The notes below the pieces were generated by a model. That model was not told the origin of the DNA. It did not search any database and saw nothing but the letters and a program-made list of their open reading frames with translations. This document shows, in pieces, positions 25,891 to 39,560 of a stretch of 64,000 nucleotides of DNA. The stretch spans positions 6,761,252 to 6,825,251 of the forward strand of contig OZ199840.1 in assembly GCA_964304625.1 (NCBI GenBank), given 5' to 3'. The translations under genes and the position numbers were made by a program. The stretch is from Kudoa neothunni. Lineage: Eukaryota > Animalia > Cnidaria. Within the stretch, counting starts at the first letter, position 1. Each line of letters starts with the position of its first letter.

Positions 25891-28800
25891 TCAAGTATAA
25901 CGTCCTCTAAAAGAGGTTCTTCCAGTGTCTCGAGAACTGCGTAAAGGTGACTTTTGAGAGAATCCTCCATAACCACCTCGAGGTTTGGTGCTTTGCTGTG
26001 AATTTGTGGAATCCCATTGCCTGCTGGTGTGACTAGACTGTCTTTCATCGATTGGAAAATCTGAAAACCAATGACTATTTACGAATGAATAAGCAAAAAT
26101 ACTTGATGCGCTAAAATGAGCATTATTACCCCAGCTGGGGTTAGTATGAGGCGCTGAATTTAATAGAGGGGGAGCAGGAGAAGGACGAGACCTAAATCCT
26201 TCTGCGTTGCGAGAGCTGTCTAAACGTGATCTAGATGAGGAATCGACAGCGCGGAACCGATCAGTGCGATCTCTTCCAAAACCTTCGTTCATTGAAGAAC
26301 GAGTGCTATCTCTGGGTAAAGGTGCTCTTGAATCTAACGTAAAATCAATTATGCTTTGAAGCACACGTAGTACCATAGTCAACAGGATTAGCACGATAAC
26401 TATGTCCCATTGATGTGCTATCGATAGTGTTTACACGATGAGACCTAGTTCGATCAACCTCATAATTGTCACTAGGGTAAACTCCGGATTGATCCCTTTG
26501 ATTGTTTGATGAGTAGGTGGTTCGTACGACAGAGCTTCTGTATGAATCTCTTGCGGGTGAAACGTTTCTATATCACAACCAATTTCAACCATTATACACA
26601 CAAGCTGAGATCACCGAAGCACATACATATAACTTCGACTACTATTATCTCGATAGTGAGATATAGTAGACGGTGGAGGGGGTGGAGGAGGTAAAACTCT
26701 AGATGGTGCAGTTCTTTTACGGCTTACATCGTTTCTTCTAGAAAGTGATATATCACCACGGGAATCATATTGATAGGATGTAGGTGGTAGATTGTTGCGA
26801 GAATGAAATTCATGGGCTGGTGAATGCGATCGTCGATAGCTTCTAGACGAGTAGGCGGAAATGGTAGAACTGTGAGAAGAATGTGCTGGTGATCTTTTTG
26901 TTGAGGAAAGCGATCTTTGGGACGATTGTTCTGCTGAAGCTCTAAGTTTAGAATTGAGGTAGCTTACACGATCAATGAGAAGTTTGCGTTGAGATCTATA
27001 TTTATTGAGTTCTTTGCAGCGGTCCACATCGTATCGGTAGTCATTAAGAACGCGCTTAGCTTCTGCGGAAGTAGACCCCTCGTAGACGACCTCAGTGAAC
27101 CCTTCTTTGGTAGTGGGAAGTGAATAGGTTCGTTTATAACGTAAAATATCATTTTCATGGATAGAACGTTCGTCGGAGGTAAAACTCTTTCTATCGCTTT
27201 CAGCGTTGGATATTCTATTCTGATATTCGGCAAGATGTGGAATTATGACCACAGCTTTTCTGAACGGAAATTTATTAAAATGTTCCATACGTTTTTTTCT
27301 GGAGGAAGAATGACAATTCGATTGATCCAATATGCAACAACTGGGTCTTTTAATTGCCAAACTGGTCAGTTTTGCAATGGCATTAGCAACAACCGATTCC
27401 GATAGGCGCACCTTACGAGCTTGACCTATTACCTAAATTATTAAATTATGCGTTGCAACTTTATTCATATAAGTTCAACGATTAATTTTATCAATATTAA
27501 AAACTTTAACTGACATATTTCTTGTTCAGTAGTATAAACCTGAATGTGCTACGAAAGCAAAAGCTGCTCCTCCCGCTATTGTTGCAACACTCAAACTGAC
27601 TGTCAATTATTCGGCTTCAATTTCAACTACTCCAACTTATTATCAACATTGTAAGTCGACATTTTAATGCATAAGGGTTATTCTCTCGTGTGATGATATG
27701 ATGGCTTAACAGCATGTGAAAACTTACTCTCCATCGTTCATACAAGGTTGAACGACCTATTACGGCATATTGTTTCGACGGATTCGTTTTGAGAAAATTA
27801 GAAACCCATGTAGTTTTCCCGCATCCAATTATACCGGACATCATAATAACTTCACATTGATCCAACGTTATTGGTGGACTGTTGGGGAATGTGTAATTTT
27901 TGATGCCAGCCGAATCGATGGGTAAATAATCACTTTTATCCTGTACGGACGTGTTCACCTTGAAATTCACAGCAAATTCCACATTTTTCAGATATATGCA
28001 AGGATAGAGGAGTGTGTCTTGAAGAACCTTGGTTCTATCTTCTTCTGCTGACACCCCAGGCACTTCCGACAAAGTTTCTCCAGACAATGGCAACTTACCC
28101 ACAATGTCCGTTACAACAGTGCCATTTACACTAACAGTGAATAGGGCTGGATCACTTGTGGTATCCAAGAAAATACCAACGATATCATTGACTCCAAATT
28201 TGGTCGAACTTGACGAAATCACTTTTGAATTCTGATAAAGTTTCCCACCGCTTTCGAATCCAATAGACTGTGGTGAATCACCAAGGTGGGAGACATTTCT
28301 CGTGGTGAAACCAATTCTTAACGCATGATCTGGTATTTCATAAACAGGTAGATCTACTACATCGAGATTTCGAATGTACTGCAGTCAAAATAAAAATCAT
28401 TAATGAACAAAAAAAGTTAGTAAATGTGTTTGGAGTACTTTGCATTCGAAATAAACTTTACATCCTGGTTTAATGCCAAAGTTTGTAGTTGCAGAACACC
28501 AAAAATGTGATAGATCATTCTTCGTTAGATTACAGCCTTGTAGACAATTCGGATTGGTTATGACAAAATTGAGATCGCTATTATCTATGGTACCGAATGG
28601 TGAATATCAACAACACACCTCCAACACAATACATGAATCTAACTGAAACGTATCGGTCCGAACATCCAACGACAGATGTTCAAAAGCTTCATACTCAAGT
28701 TCGTTAGCTGATGGGGGAACAATGGGTTCTTTTTTTATTTTTGCTGGGTTTGGAGGTTTGTCAGGATGATGATTAGATGAAACTGTTCCAGATGAGGTTT

Positions 28801-29590
28801 GTTGAACTGTCGAATCTGCTCCCTTGTCAGTTTGACGATCCCTGAAAAATGGTCCAATGAATCAAATTGCATTGTTAAGCTAGTGGGGCATGTGCAACGC
28901 GATATATTTTAGCAATTACATCAAATGAACTTTCGAATTGAGGGATGAATCTTCTTCATGTTCATCTACTATCTTTATAGCTTCGTTATCGGACGATACT
29001 TTCTCTTTATTGTGTAGATTAAATCAATTACTATTGCTAAACACAATCGATTGACCGAACAATTCATACCGTAGTCTTCTGGCAGCATTTCTTCCTCGTA
29101 ATCATTTTCATCTTGATCAGAATATATATATTGAGGTTCATCGTTGAATGAATTGATTTCACTGTCTTCATCATGGTTATCCTCATCATCATCATCCTTA
29201 TGTGTGTCACTTTCATTGGCGGGAGTATTAGTTTCAAATTTTTCTACACTCTATTATCAATATATAGGTAGGGTTCAACCAGAAAACATAATCTAAAGCA
29301 ATAATGCAATGAGGTGTGATATGAACTGAAACATCTGACGAGAAAAGATTTTTCATGGTCAATACGCATCATACTATCTTTAAAATGTATAGTAGAACAG
29401 TTACGTTGTCTGTAGAGAAAGAGTAAGCAGAGTCATTGAATCCAAGTGCTGATTGGGTCTTCGTTATGTGATCTTTTAACCTTTGAACTAGGATTGGTTT
29501 GGTTCCACTTGAATCTAAGTCGTTTCTTTTGCAGAGTTCGCGCAACTCCTGCACCTTCAGTTTATTAACGCTTCTAAATTCCGGATCCAT
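25891..29590 (-). CDS. hnRNP U / hnRNP UL1-like protein (SAP - acidic region - SPRY - P-loop AAA - low-complexity tail), multi-exon
   Basis: SAP (KLKVQELRELCKRNDLDSSGTKPILVQRL); LDSYNSDLNF and KVYFECK, LRIGF..., FGVNDIVGIFLD SPRY; EVIMMSGIIGCGKTTWV; ILDQSN...RKAVVIIP; GT-AG introns join the fragments (some junctions ambiguous). Confidence 0.9.
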
Positions 29591-29893
29591 TACAGTTCTA
29601 TATCCCTTGCAATCAAAAATGATCGGAAGTGATCGGCAAATACCACGCTAGTTTGTTGACAAACTCTGTTGATGTTGGATAGTAACAACACGATTCGGGA
29701 TTGATATTCCATACGAAATATTTCCTTAATTGCTATTTAAATTTGATAGAAACGAAAGTTTTATTTGTGGTATCATTAATATTAAATGATCGGATTAACT
29801 ATTCATCAAGTAATTAATGTGATAACTCATTGTTGTTTCAATAATTTTGAATAATATTATCCTTATGTATGTTATATGTATATTGATTTATGT

Positions 29894-29980
29894 ATCTATA
29901 TATATATATATAAAATTGTAGTGTCCGTGTGTGCCCCTAAGTACGCATGTGCGATATAAAATTTCCCTTTATATATAGAT
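29894..29980. repeat. 87-bp element with inverted ATCTATATATA..AAA termini (Helitron/Helentron-like mini element)
   Basis: atctatatatatatatataaaa...gtccgtgtgtg...tttatatatagat. Confidence 0.35.
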
Positions 29981-30982
29981 AGATACTTATTAGACTTTTA
30001 ATAATATAAGATATTTGAAAATTCTTTTATTTGTTTTTAACTTAACAATAGTTTAAAAATAATGTAGGAAATTGTAATGTTATAGGTTCTAGGTTGGTCC
30101 CGCGGATTATATGCGTGCAAAAATATGATTATCTTTGTTTTTTCATGCCGACATTTATGAATACAGAATTTCTACAAGCTATTAAGAAAATTTTTAGCGG
30201 TTCGAACATAAGTCCTATATCCACGATTTCAATATACATCTCAGGTTAAAGTGCAGAACAAGTCAATGGATTAGTTATTAATCGCTGCGTTTATTTGCAA
30301 CATTATTTTTAAGCTATTCAAAACGCTTGATAAGTCGCATTATAAATTCGAGTAAAGTTGAAATTGTTTTTGTGGTGTATAGCGACAAAAAATGCGAAAA
30401 ATTAACCAAATTTACATTCCATTATTTAAAAGCCAAACTATAAGCTCATAAGTTAGTACAAACTCCATTGACGTTTTCAACTTTGAATAAACTTTCCAGT
30501 GAATACAACGAATGTAATTGAAAGGAAAGATTAATGGAAAACGTAATACGCTCAACATAATAAATGTAGTCCAGGGAATTCATTGCGAAAGTAATTGTAT
30601 ATTTTTAATGGCAGAGGTTATTGGCAACGTAAAATTTAATCCTAAATGGCATGCCCGCTTGCGCAAAGAGAATTTTTAATCTCAGCAACTCAAACTCACA
30701 AGCTGGTTACAAATTAAATATAGTCAAAACTAATGCCGCCTGAATATTATTTACCGTGTCAATAGCCACTTCCATTTTTAAATTAAAACTTTATTTGCAT
30801 CTCACCTTTTTGATTACCTCTCGTAATACACCGGATGAATATCCGAAATCATTAGTGTCTTAGTTCAAAATTTGTTATAATAAGAATTCTTATGAAATAG
30901 AGAACTTAATAAGAGATGTTTATTTTAAATATTCTGAATTAAGTTTACCTATATGGGCGGGCATCATTTTTCGTTACATATA

Positions 30983-31165
30983 CAATAGTTAACCGATTTT
31001 CCGCACTTTTGGAAATCTTACATTAAACGTTTTAGAAAAGACCCAGTTTTCAAATAATCATTCTAACTCCCTTTTGTTATAATAATTTTGAAATTTTAAA
31101 TCAGCAAAACATCCTTATCCCTGTTTTTTGACAAAAAGAGGATTAACCGATTTTTCGCACATATT
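30983..31165 (+). mobile_element. Degenerate pogo-type left end
   Basis: TA|caatagttaaccgattttccgcacttt plus internal repeat ttaaccgattttttcgcac at about 31143, same layout as the other pogo ends. Confidence 0.5.
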
Positions 31166-31412
31166 TCCGCCTTTAATCCTATTTTTTCTCCGATGAGCAT
31201 TCGATAAAAATAATTTTCCATCGCATTCTCCTTAAAACTGTTTTTTAATAATCAAATTTTTTTATCAAAAATAAAAAAATTTGATTTATGATAATTCGAA
31301 CTTAAGCATGGATACAAATCCATTTACAACCATTTACTGGCTACTTTATTATGTTATTTCCTGTGTTTTCTGAAGGTATTCTATGTCAAGGGAAATACGA
31401 GAATTATAATAA

Positions 31413-34400
31413 GGAAGTGGCTATAGGTCAGGCAACGAATATCTCGAAAACTATTGCATATTTTTCCCCAAAAATTTAAACATTATTTTAATATTGTCTA
31501 GCTTAATTTTTGGTAACTTATTGGAAGATTGTAAAAATGTTTATTTTTTTGATCATATCCATACGACCATTACCAATTAAACATTCTTTTTTGAAATTGA
31601 ATTTGATTGAACACAGTTTATAATCAATTATCAATATTTTATTTTTTAATAAGAGTAAAATTTTAGATAATAAATAAATTTTGAGGATTAATTTACTTAT
31701 CCAGCGTTAGGGATCATAAAATGAAACGTCCAATATTCAAAAAAATGAATAACACCATCAAGTATCTATATAGTTTATGATTTGAATGCATTTCGTCATT
31801 ATTTTTTTTTCATAAGGATTCCAATTTTTGTTAGGCTACTTCCTCGTGGTCGACCAACAGATTTTATTTTCGATGGAATTTTCAGCTCTACAAAAATATA
31901 AAAATACATTTTGTTACATTTTAACCTTTCAGTTTAGATTCTTCTGCGAGTTTTGATTGATTGATATTGCTAATAGGCTCTATTTGAGGATGAGTATCAT
32001 CATCTGTGCTAAGTTTAGGTTTTTTAATGATTGTTATTTCTGACGAATCTATCGATGAATTCTAAATTTAATATACGGAAATTAAATTAATAATTTCATA
32101 CGTATTCTTTAAATTCAGGTACTTCTCGAACTATGGCAAAATTTAAAATTTTATTTTTCAAAAAAAATCACATGTACTTAGGAAATCATCGACTACAGTG
32201 ACATCATTATTTCTTAAAATGTTTTCTAAGAGACTTATACATCTTATAGACTTTTAATTAAAATCTCCACAAATTTCAGACGCGGTGTTAGCCAACTTGG
32301 TTGTAAAGGTTGTTGCGTATCTCAACTTCTGTCCAAAACTTTTTATTTTGGGTTGGCTCTTCTTACCAATAATGGTCGGAGTAATTTCGTTGTTCCCTTC
32401 GATTATAGTTCCAGTTCCTAAGAATTTCATTCCATACGTTTTTGTCCACCTCTCATTGCACAACATTTCAGAGAAAAGAGGTAAATTATTCAATAATCTT
32501 GAAGATAGAATATGACTGTAAGACAATGAGAAAGATCGGTAAAATACACATGAGCACGTAGTTGCATTAGTAGTTTCAGTTGAGTTTAACAACAAATATT
32601 CGGTGCCTAATAGTGCAACCTGTTTTTGAAGTAAATTGAATGCATACTTGGTCAAGAGTTTCTCATACTGTGACATATATTCGTCATTAAAAGTTTTGTT
32701 TGAGCCATAGCACAACTGGCTTATTGCCTCTCCTTCCCTTTCCGTGCAAAGAGTCCTCAAGATTTTGAAAAATTTATCAACAAAATTTGTTAAGGAACTG
32801 GATTTATGGACAAAACTTTTTATTTTTGTATTAATTGATTCAATACGATTGTTAGTTTCGTTTTCATAAAAGTTGGTTGCATTGCTGAGCCCAATTATCC
32901 AATCTTCGTAAATCCCATCCCAATTTACTTTGAAATATTCACTCAGCTTAGTATTATTAAACTCTTGGATTTCATTAACGTACTTTTTATACTCATCCTA
33001 ATCTTTACAATATATCATTTTTTGCAAACACCTTAGAATATCTTGACATTTTTTAGTGGATACGGCCAACTTGGTTGTGGTGATTTGTCGTCGAAAAATT
33101 TGTAGGACGTGAAATTTACAGAGAATGCAAGAAGACGATGGGAAACTTTTTTTTAGACACTTTCTCAACTTTTCGTCTTTGTCAGTGACAAGTGTACATA
33201 CTTTATCACGCAAAGTAGGAACCATTTCTATTATGTTATTGCAAAACCATTGTATGGAATTTTCAGTCTCTTCAAATAGTATGCATACGCTTGTTATATG
33301 AGTCAACCCGAAAGAATCCTCTCCTGCCGATAAATACAGAGGAGCTCTAAAGTTAGTAAAATAAAGTTTGTGTGGTCATTTAAAAAAAAAATTTAATACC
33401 TCGAATCAAGCATTTTATATGTGGCATCAACAAACATCACTTCAGGATACAATTTCAAAAATGACTTCATTTTATTATCAACGAAATATATTCCACTGAC
33501 GACGTTACGCTCATTATGTAAAATTCTAACGTGACATTTATTATCTACACTTAAAGATTTTTCAATTATTTCTAAGTTGTCGGGAAACGAATTCTTATTT
33601 TTTTAAATGTTGTGAATAGATTTTAGACGAATATTTTTCCCAGTTTCCGTCTGTAATTTTGATTGAATCAATTTTTTATTCGCCTTGAGGTTAACTAAAT
33701 CAATAAGGTGTTGATCGTTTAGATTAATTTTCCTTTGCTTAGGAATGTTTCTATATATCATCTGATCTAATTGATGATTGTGCTCTAACATGCAGCAACG
33801 TATTTCAAGGAAAGCTCCGTCATTTGAAGTTCTTAATGTTATTTTGACAGGGCAATCTCCTTTTAACATTGATTTATTTCGAGCGCCACATGACCTCGTT
33901 TTCTTCTTCCCACTGAAAATACAACAGTATGTGACCTCGTAATAGCGGAGTGATTCATTGATCTGTTTTGTAATTCTACTACGAATATTTGAGATAGCTC
34001 TTGCTTGATATTTGTATAGATTACAAAACGACAACTTTTCGTATTCTGCGATGGCAATGTGAAGATCTTCAAAAGAAGCATAACGCATACCGACTGTGAA
34101 CATACTTGACGCCATATTGTATAGCTGGATGCTCAAAATAATGCGCCAACATTTAGACCTAAAAATTTTACTTTCATTAAAATTTTTCATGTATTCTATG
34201 TATTTGAACTGATTTAGATTTTTAAAAATCAAATATATGCCAATAATGAAATACTGGTGATGTATAACCACCATATGATCAAAAAAATAAACATTTTTAC
34301 AATTTTCCAATAAGTTACCAAAAATTAAGCTAGACAATATTAAAATAATGTTTAAATTTTTGGGGAAAAATATGCAATAGTTTTCGAGATATTCGTTGCC

Positions 34401-34418
34401 TGACCTATAGCCACTTCC
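31413..34418 (-). mobile_element. MULE (Mutator-like) transposon, 3006 bp, 146-bp TIRs, 9-bp TSD
   Basis: TIRs 31413-31558 and 34273-34418 begin ggaagtggctataggtcagg and differ at 1 position; TTATAATAA at 31404-31412 and 34419-34427. Confidence 0.96.
31799..34115 (-). pseudogene. MULE/ZSWIM3-like transposase, 5 exons (34115-33400, 33346-32178, 32130-32102, 32061-31926, 31887-31799), three in-frame stops
   Basis: N-terminal Y.C..DCP..I.L..EHNH, VDATYK, VTDKD, CKFH, ETNNRIESIN, decayed SWIM CSC..SH, GRPRG tail; introns of 53, 47, 40 and 38 nt, all GT-AG; stops at 33605-33603, 33000-32998, 32256-32254. Confidence 0.87.
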
Positions 34419-34505
34419 TTATAATAACCTTAATTTTAATAGAATTTGCCATATTAATAATAATTAGTGTAAACGCATTGACGAGAATTATTTTTGTCTT
34501 AAAGT

Positions 34506-36622
34506 CAGGGTTGCCAGAAGATTAGCGAAAAAAGTACCAACAGTCAATCTGAACAAAAAAGAGATTAAGGAGAAAAAAACGTAGTTATATAAAATGTTTT
34601 TTAATCTATCTAAAACGAAATTGTTTCATTACAGTTATCTTCATAAAGTTTTGCCTCTATGAACGCTGCTACTGACTTTTTAGGCGGGTTCTATTTTGTA
34701 CAATCTGTATTATAAAATTAACTTTTCGAATAAATCAAGCTGTTTAATGTTTAGGTATTCAATAATGGTCCATTTTTCATTTTGATTATGTTCAATTGGG
34801 AAAATACTCTTTCGGCACAAGCAGAAGAATGAGGTAATGAAAGCAAGCTCATCATTAGTTTTGAAATTAATGGATATTTAGGAACATTGCCAATTCTTTT
34901 TTCTGATACATCGTACCAAAATTTTTCGTGGTCACATATCGAAAAGAGAGTTGAGTCTTCGAAATTTAATTGTCTCCATTCAATATCCACATTGGTGTAG
35001 TATTCATCCAATATAAGATTGGGGAATCTTACTGCAAGGGGTATGATAGACTTGGGCTTACCTTCATTTACGTTACTTGGATCCATTTCTTCAAACAATT
35101 CAAGTCCTTTAAATGAATTATTGTATAAAAATGGATCAAATATTTTATTTATTAAGGAAATATAGAAATTAAATGTATTTATTTTATATTGGAGATATTC
35201 TTGTGAATTTATTATGAAAGAATTCATTGTATAGATGCAAGTCACTTTTGATCCGCGACAAACATTATCTAATGGAAGATAATTTGAAGAGTTATTAATA
35301 TTCCAAATATCCAGATTTTTAATGATTTCTCTTTTCATAAATAAGCTGAGAATAACTTTTACTGTAACACTAATTGAATTTTTTTGCTTGTGCATTCGAA
35401 AGGTTTCTGATTGGAATTCAGGGTTAAGTTGATTCATTATGGGGAGTATAAAGTTTAAGAATTCAAAATACATGATTGATTGGTTTATTGAGTTTATGAT
35501 TTATTAATTTTGCTGATTCAAAATCATTTTCTGATACTGCAGAAGTGAAAAACATTTTAAGTGCATTCCATTGTTCGAGTGACAACCATCATATGCTACA
35601 AGGGCGTAATACCTTTATAGGACAAATATCCATTGTCTTTTGAAATTCCTTGTATTCACTCAAATGTTTTGGGCTATTCGAAATATATGTGTAAAAACTT
35701 ATAGCTAAACTTTCCAACTTGTTTGGAAGTTGATGACACAAGCTCTTGAAGCACAAATTTACTGAGTGGCACACGCAACCTTGCACGTAAAGCGAAGGAA
35801 TTATTTGTTTCAGCAAACGCTGGACACCACTTTTGTTACCTATCATAACATTTGCATTGTCACTGGCGAATCCGATAAGATTGTGAATGGAGATATTAGT
35901 TTTAAAAAAATTTATTAATGATTCGAAAATTCTTTTGCCAGTACAATTCATTATCTCCAACATGACCAAATATTTGTTCATTGTCTTTTTAACATCGTCA
36001 TCATAATATCGAGCTACTAAAACTAGTTGTTTAGTTGTGGATATATCATATCTGTGGTTTTGTCTATTATTAATGAAAATTGGGTTGTCTGTAATTTTGA
36101 AATTAAGTTTTTTAAGTAATATTTCCTAATAACATGACAAAAAACACATTTGCCTTTCGATCGAGCACATTTAATGTCTTTGCAAATAGCAGAATTTTCA
36201 CAAACATTGGTAACTAAACCAGGCGAATGATCCAAGAATGACAACGGCAAATTGTGTTCCGTAACAAAGACACATTATTTCAATTCTGCTTTAGCTATTT
36301 TTCGATCATATACAGCAGAACTGTTTAATTCTATATAACCATCTATTTTCATATTATTTGTGGATTGTCTCATATTTCTTAAATGCTTTTCAGTTGTTGC
36401 ACGTCTTTCGATTTGTGAAATACTCCCCGAAACTTCACTTTTACACATTTTACAGAACACTTTCTCCTTGATATCCTTACTCATATCAATCCACTGGATA
36501 AATCTTCGATTTTCCAACCATTCTCTTCTTACCTTGCGTTCGTAACCTTTATATATTTTCTTTTTTAGTGTGTTACTTATATCGCTTTCGCAGTCGCTAC
36601 CGTTTTGATTAAAGGCCATCAA
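34506..36622 (-). mobile_element. Degenerate hAT transposase (ZNF862-like) with a cagggttgccag terminus
   Basis: FSLIIDKTT, GFASDNANVM, CVCHSVNL, PHSSACAERVFS across ORFs 36622-34751; TIR-like end at 34506; possible partner near 37553 is weak. Confidence 0.8.
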
Positions 36623-37925
36623 GAATTACTAACCCACAAAATATTACAGTATGTATAACACAATAAAAGTTACAGAAATTAATTCGACTTGTTGAATACA
36701 AAAACTTTGTAGTAAATTACTAAAACGCGCGTTATTAAGAATGAATTTGTACGTTAAAATAAGTGTTTGTGTATAAAATTTTATCCTTATCACATTCCGG
36801 ATATTGTTTTCCTCTTTCACTTCGTTTTCATATCATTTAAATATTTTCGGGTGTCAGTGATAGCTATAATTTTAAAAAATATAATTTATTAACAATTCCT
36901 CTGATTAGAAATGTATAAACTTAACATTTTAAGGAATTTTTTTAGCGATAATTAAATTTGATAACTCTTTTTAGCCAGACTTTTTTTCGTTAAAAAAACA
37001 TTTAAAACCCTAAAGTATAAAACATGTAGACGGAAAAATTAATTTTGTGAAGTAAATGAGCTAATTTCCCATGTATAGGGTTAAATATACATTGGGATTA
37101 CGTGGAACTGATTTGACCATGAAATCGAATGACGTTTCATTTATAGCAATAAATAGATAATATTTTAGTGGTCAGAAACTCATTTTACATACAAGTGAAG
37201 AAAGAACAAGCTTAGTTTTATAAAATTTTGTCAAATGGTAATATATTGAAATTTAATTGTGTTTTGTTTTCTTTATGAGACAAAACATTAAAGGGATAGG
37301 TTGGATATTTAAAATAACATCGGATTCAACAGCAAGACATATTTTGCATATCTTCGTATAATTTATATCTATACACTGGAATAACAATAAATAAATGTAA
37401 AAGGTATAAATTTTTAAATAAGCCATTAATGTTACTTTATATTCATTACTATTACCTAACCGAAAACAGAATATCATCGACTGGATTAAAAATCTTGTCT
37501 TGACGATGAAAAAGTACCATTTTGGTACGAACGTACCAATTCTGACAACGCGGGTGCTAATAGTTATTATCGTTCTGCATTCATAACGTGTAATTTTGGA
37601 CATTGACTTTTACCAAAATCTTCGATTAAAATAGCCGTCTCTCACATAAATGAATTAGTGCGACCATTTGGAGTTTTGTTGAAAAATACGCACATCTAGC
37701 GTACAAATTAATTTATTATCAAAATTAAACCATTTAAAATTATGCAAATCATTTATTTGAATGTAGACTTATTTAAAAAAATCCACCTTTAATTAGATAA
37801 ATATCAAAAATATTATTTAATTATAACGAAAATTAAAAACTCTGATAGGAAATAATATAATTATATAAATAAATAAAATGCCATTTAAAACAGAAAAAGA
37901 AATAAAATATGAATAATTATATCAA

Positions 37926-39560
37926 TTATTCATATTTAATGTCTCCATTGTAATATGGCTGCATGATAATTGAGCACTTTTCTTTTGAGAATGAAGATCC
38001 AAATTGTATGGATAAAATCCTCATTTCTGAAAAGTTTCTTTCAACAGAAATTGAAGTTGGAATTGATAAAATATCCAGAGCTATTTTTGATAATACTGGG
38101 AATAATCTCTTGTTGAACCAAAAGTGTGAATCACCATTCACATCTATTTCATTTAAGGAGGATAATAATTGAAGTTGAACTTTTATTAGTTTTCTTTGTT
38201 CTAAACTTAAGAATTTCGCAATATCAGGTATATTTATTTCTTTGAAATTCACATTTTTGGTTGTATCAAAGTTCTTAACAGTCTCAATGAACGTTGAAGA
38301 TGGGAAACAATCGTACGTTTTTTTACCAATTATCTCACTGAGATCCAGTATTAATTTGTCAATAAACAAATTAAACTTAATTGTGATAGCTCCTCTCTCC
38401 TTAAAATCCCATTAAGAAAGGGTTTGATCTTGAGACAATATTATTGAAATTTTATCAATTTAAACGTTGATAATATCCATTCGAATACACTTGAAGAAGT
38501 CATTTCATTCTCACATTCAATAATCTTTGAAAATTTGTTAATTGGATTCAATGTTTCGACAATGACTTCAAAATTAATAAGTTAAGAAAGAATTCTCTGA
38601 GTTAAGAAACGTTTAGATCAATTTCATTAGCAATTTTAGAAATAAAACTTTGACTTTCTTTATCAACCAAGAAGTCAATAACAGCAGGGATATAATTCAA
38701 TATTTCATTAACAAAATAATAGAGACTATACCATCTACAATCATTTACACGGGGTATTTCTTTTAAATATTCAATATCACGTTTTGCTAGATGATACATT
38801 AAAACCTTCCTAGCACATCTGTTTTTGAAAGAAGTGCCGAAAATTTAATGCAAAAAAATCTTTCATGAGGAAATATGTCCGATAGTTTTTGGAATTGAAA
38901 TATGAATCAAATGGGAGAAACAAGGAATTCTTATGATATTTGAATGTAACAATGAAGTATTTTTGTAATATTTTATCATATATGACGCTGAGTCTGATAT
39001 TATAACCAAATAATAGTTCCAATCGAATTTATATTTTGTCATCACTTGAAAAATATGGTTAGAAATAATCACTGAGTTGCATTCATATAAAATCGTGGAA
39101 TCCAACATAAAGACCCTTTTTTATCCAACGAGTGATCATAGAAGCACACTAAAGTATGAAACATTGACCGATTTTTGAAAACCGTAATCTCGTCAATCAT
39201 TAATGAAAACCGCACATCGCTCCATGTAGGCGTCAACGCTTCAACATTTTTGTCAAAAATAACTGGCAGATATTTTTCAAATGGTAGTTTACCATCAGGT
39301 AATGATTGCGTGATAGGACAGTATTTTGTAATATAGATACACAGGGGAGTATGCTTCGCAATGGATTTAAAAGATAGTCCACCATAAATTACCATCGAAA
39401 CTAAATCGATTTCCATTTTATCATTATTTCGATCTCTATAAAAATAATTAGGTAACGGAGATGTATGTTTTCACAAATCAATCAATGAATTATGTTTTTC
39501 GAAACTGAATGCTCCTATATTCTATTCTGTTGTGTTGGCAGGTTAACTTTTCAGTATTTG
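37926..39560 (-). pseudogene. Degenerate hAT transposase (CGGBP1-like type)
   Basis: FSLMIDEIT, IISDSASYM, PCFSHLIH, CRWYSLY, PTSISVERNFS in successive broken ORFs. Confidence 0.75.

Noticed and set aside
29253-29404. C/D snoRNA or hammerhead-like motif in hnRNP U intron 1
   Set aside because: Only an imperfect C box with no D box or terminal stem; CTGACGA lacks the required stems
1313-33605. Alternative genetic code (TAA/TAG as sense), suggested by in-frame TAR codons in Merlin-1 and the MULE
   Set aside because: RTEL1 exon 3 has 856 codons without an internal TAR and four host genes end in TAA or TAG; TAR codons are too rare in the transposases for a reassigned code
31308-34445. MULE inserted into an intron of a small gene (gaag|gtattc...ttaatag| after removing the element)
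   Set aside because: The upstream frame from ATG 31308 hits a stop and no convincing downstream exon was found
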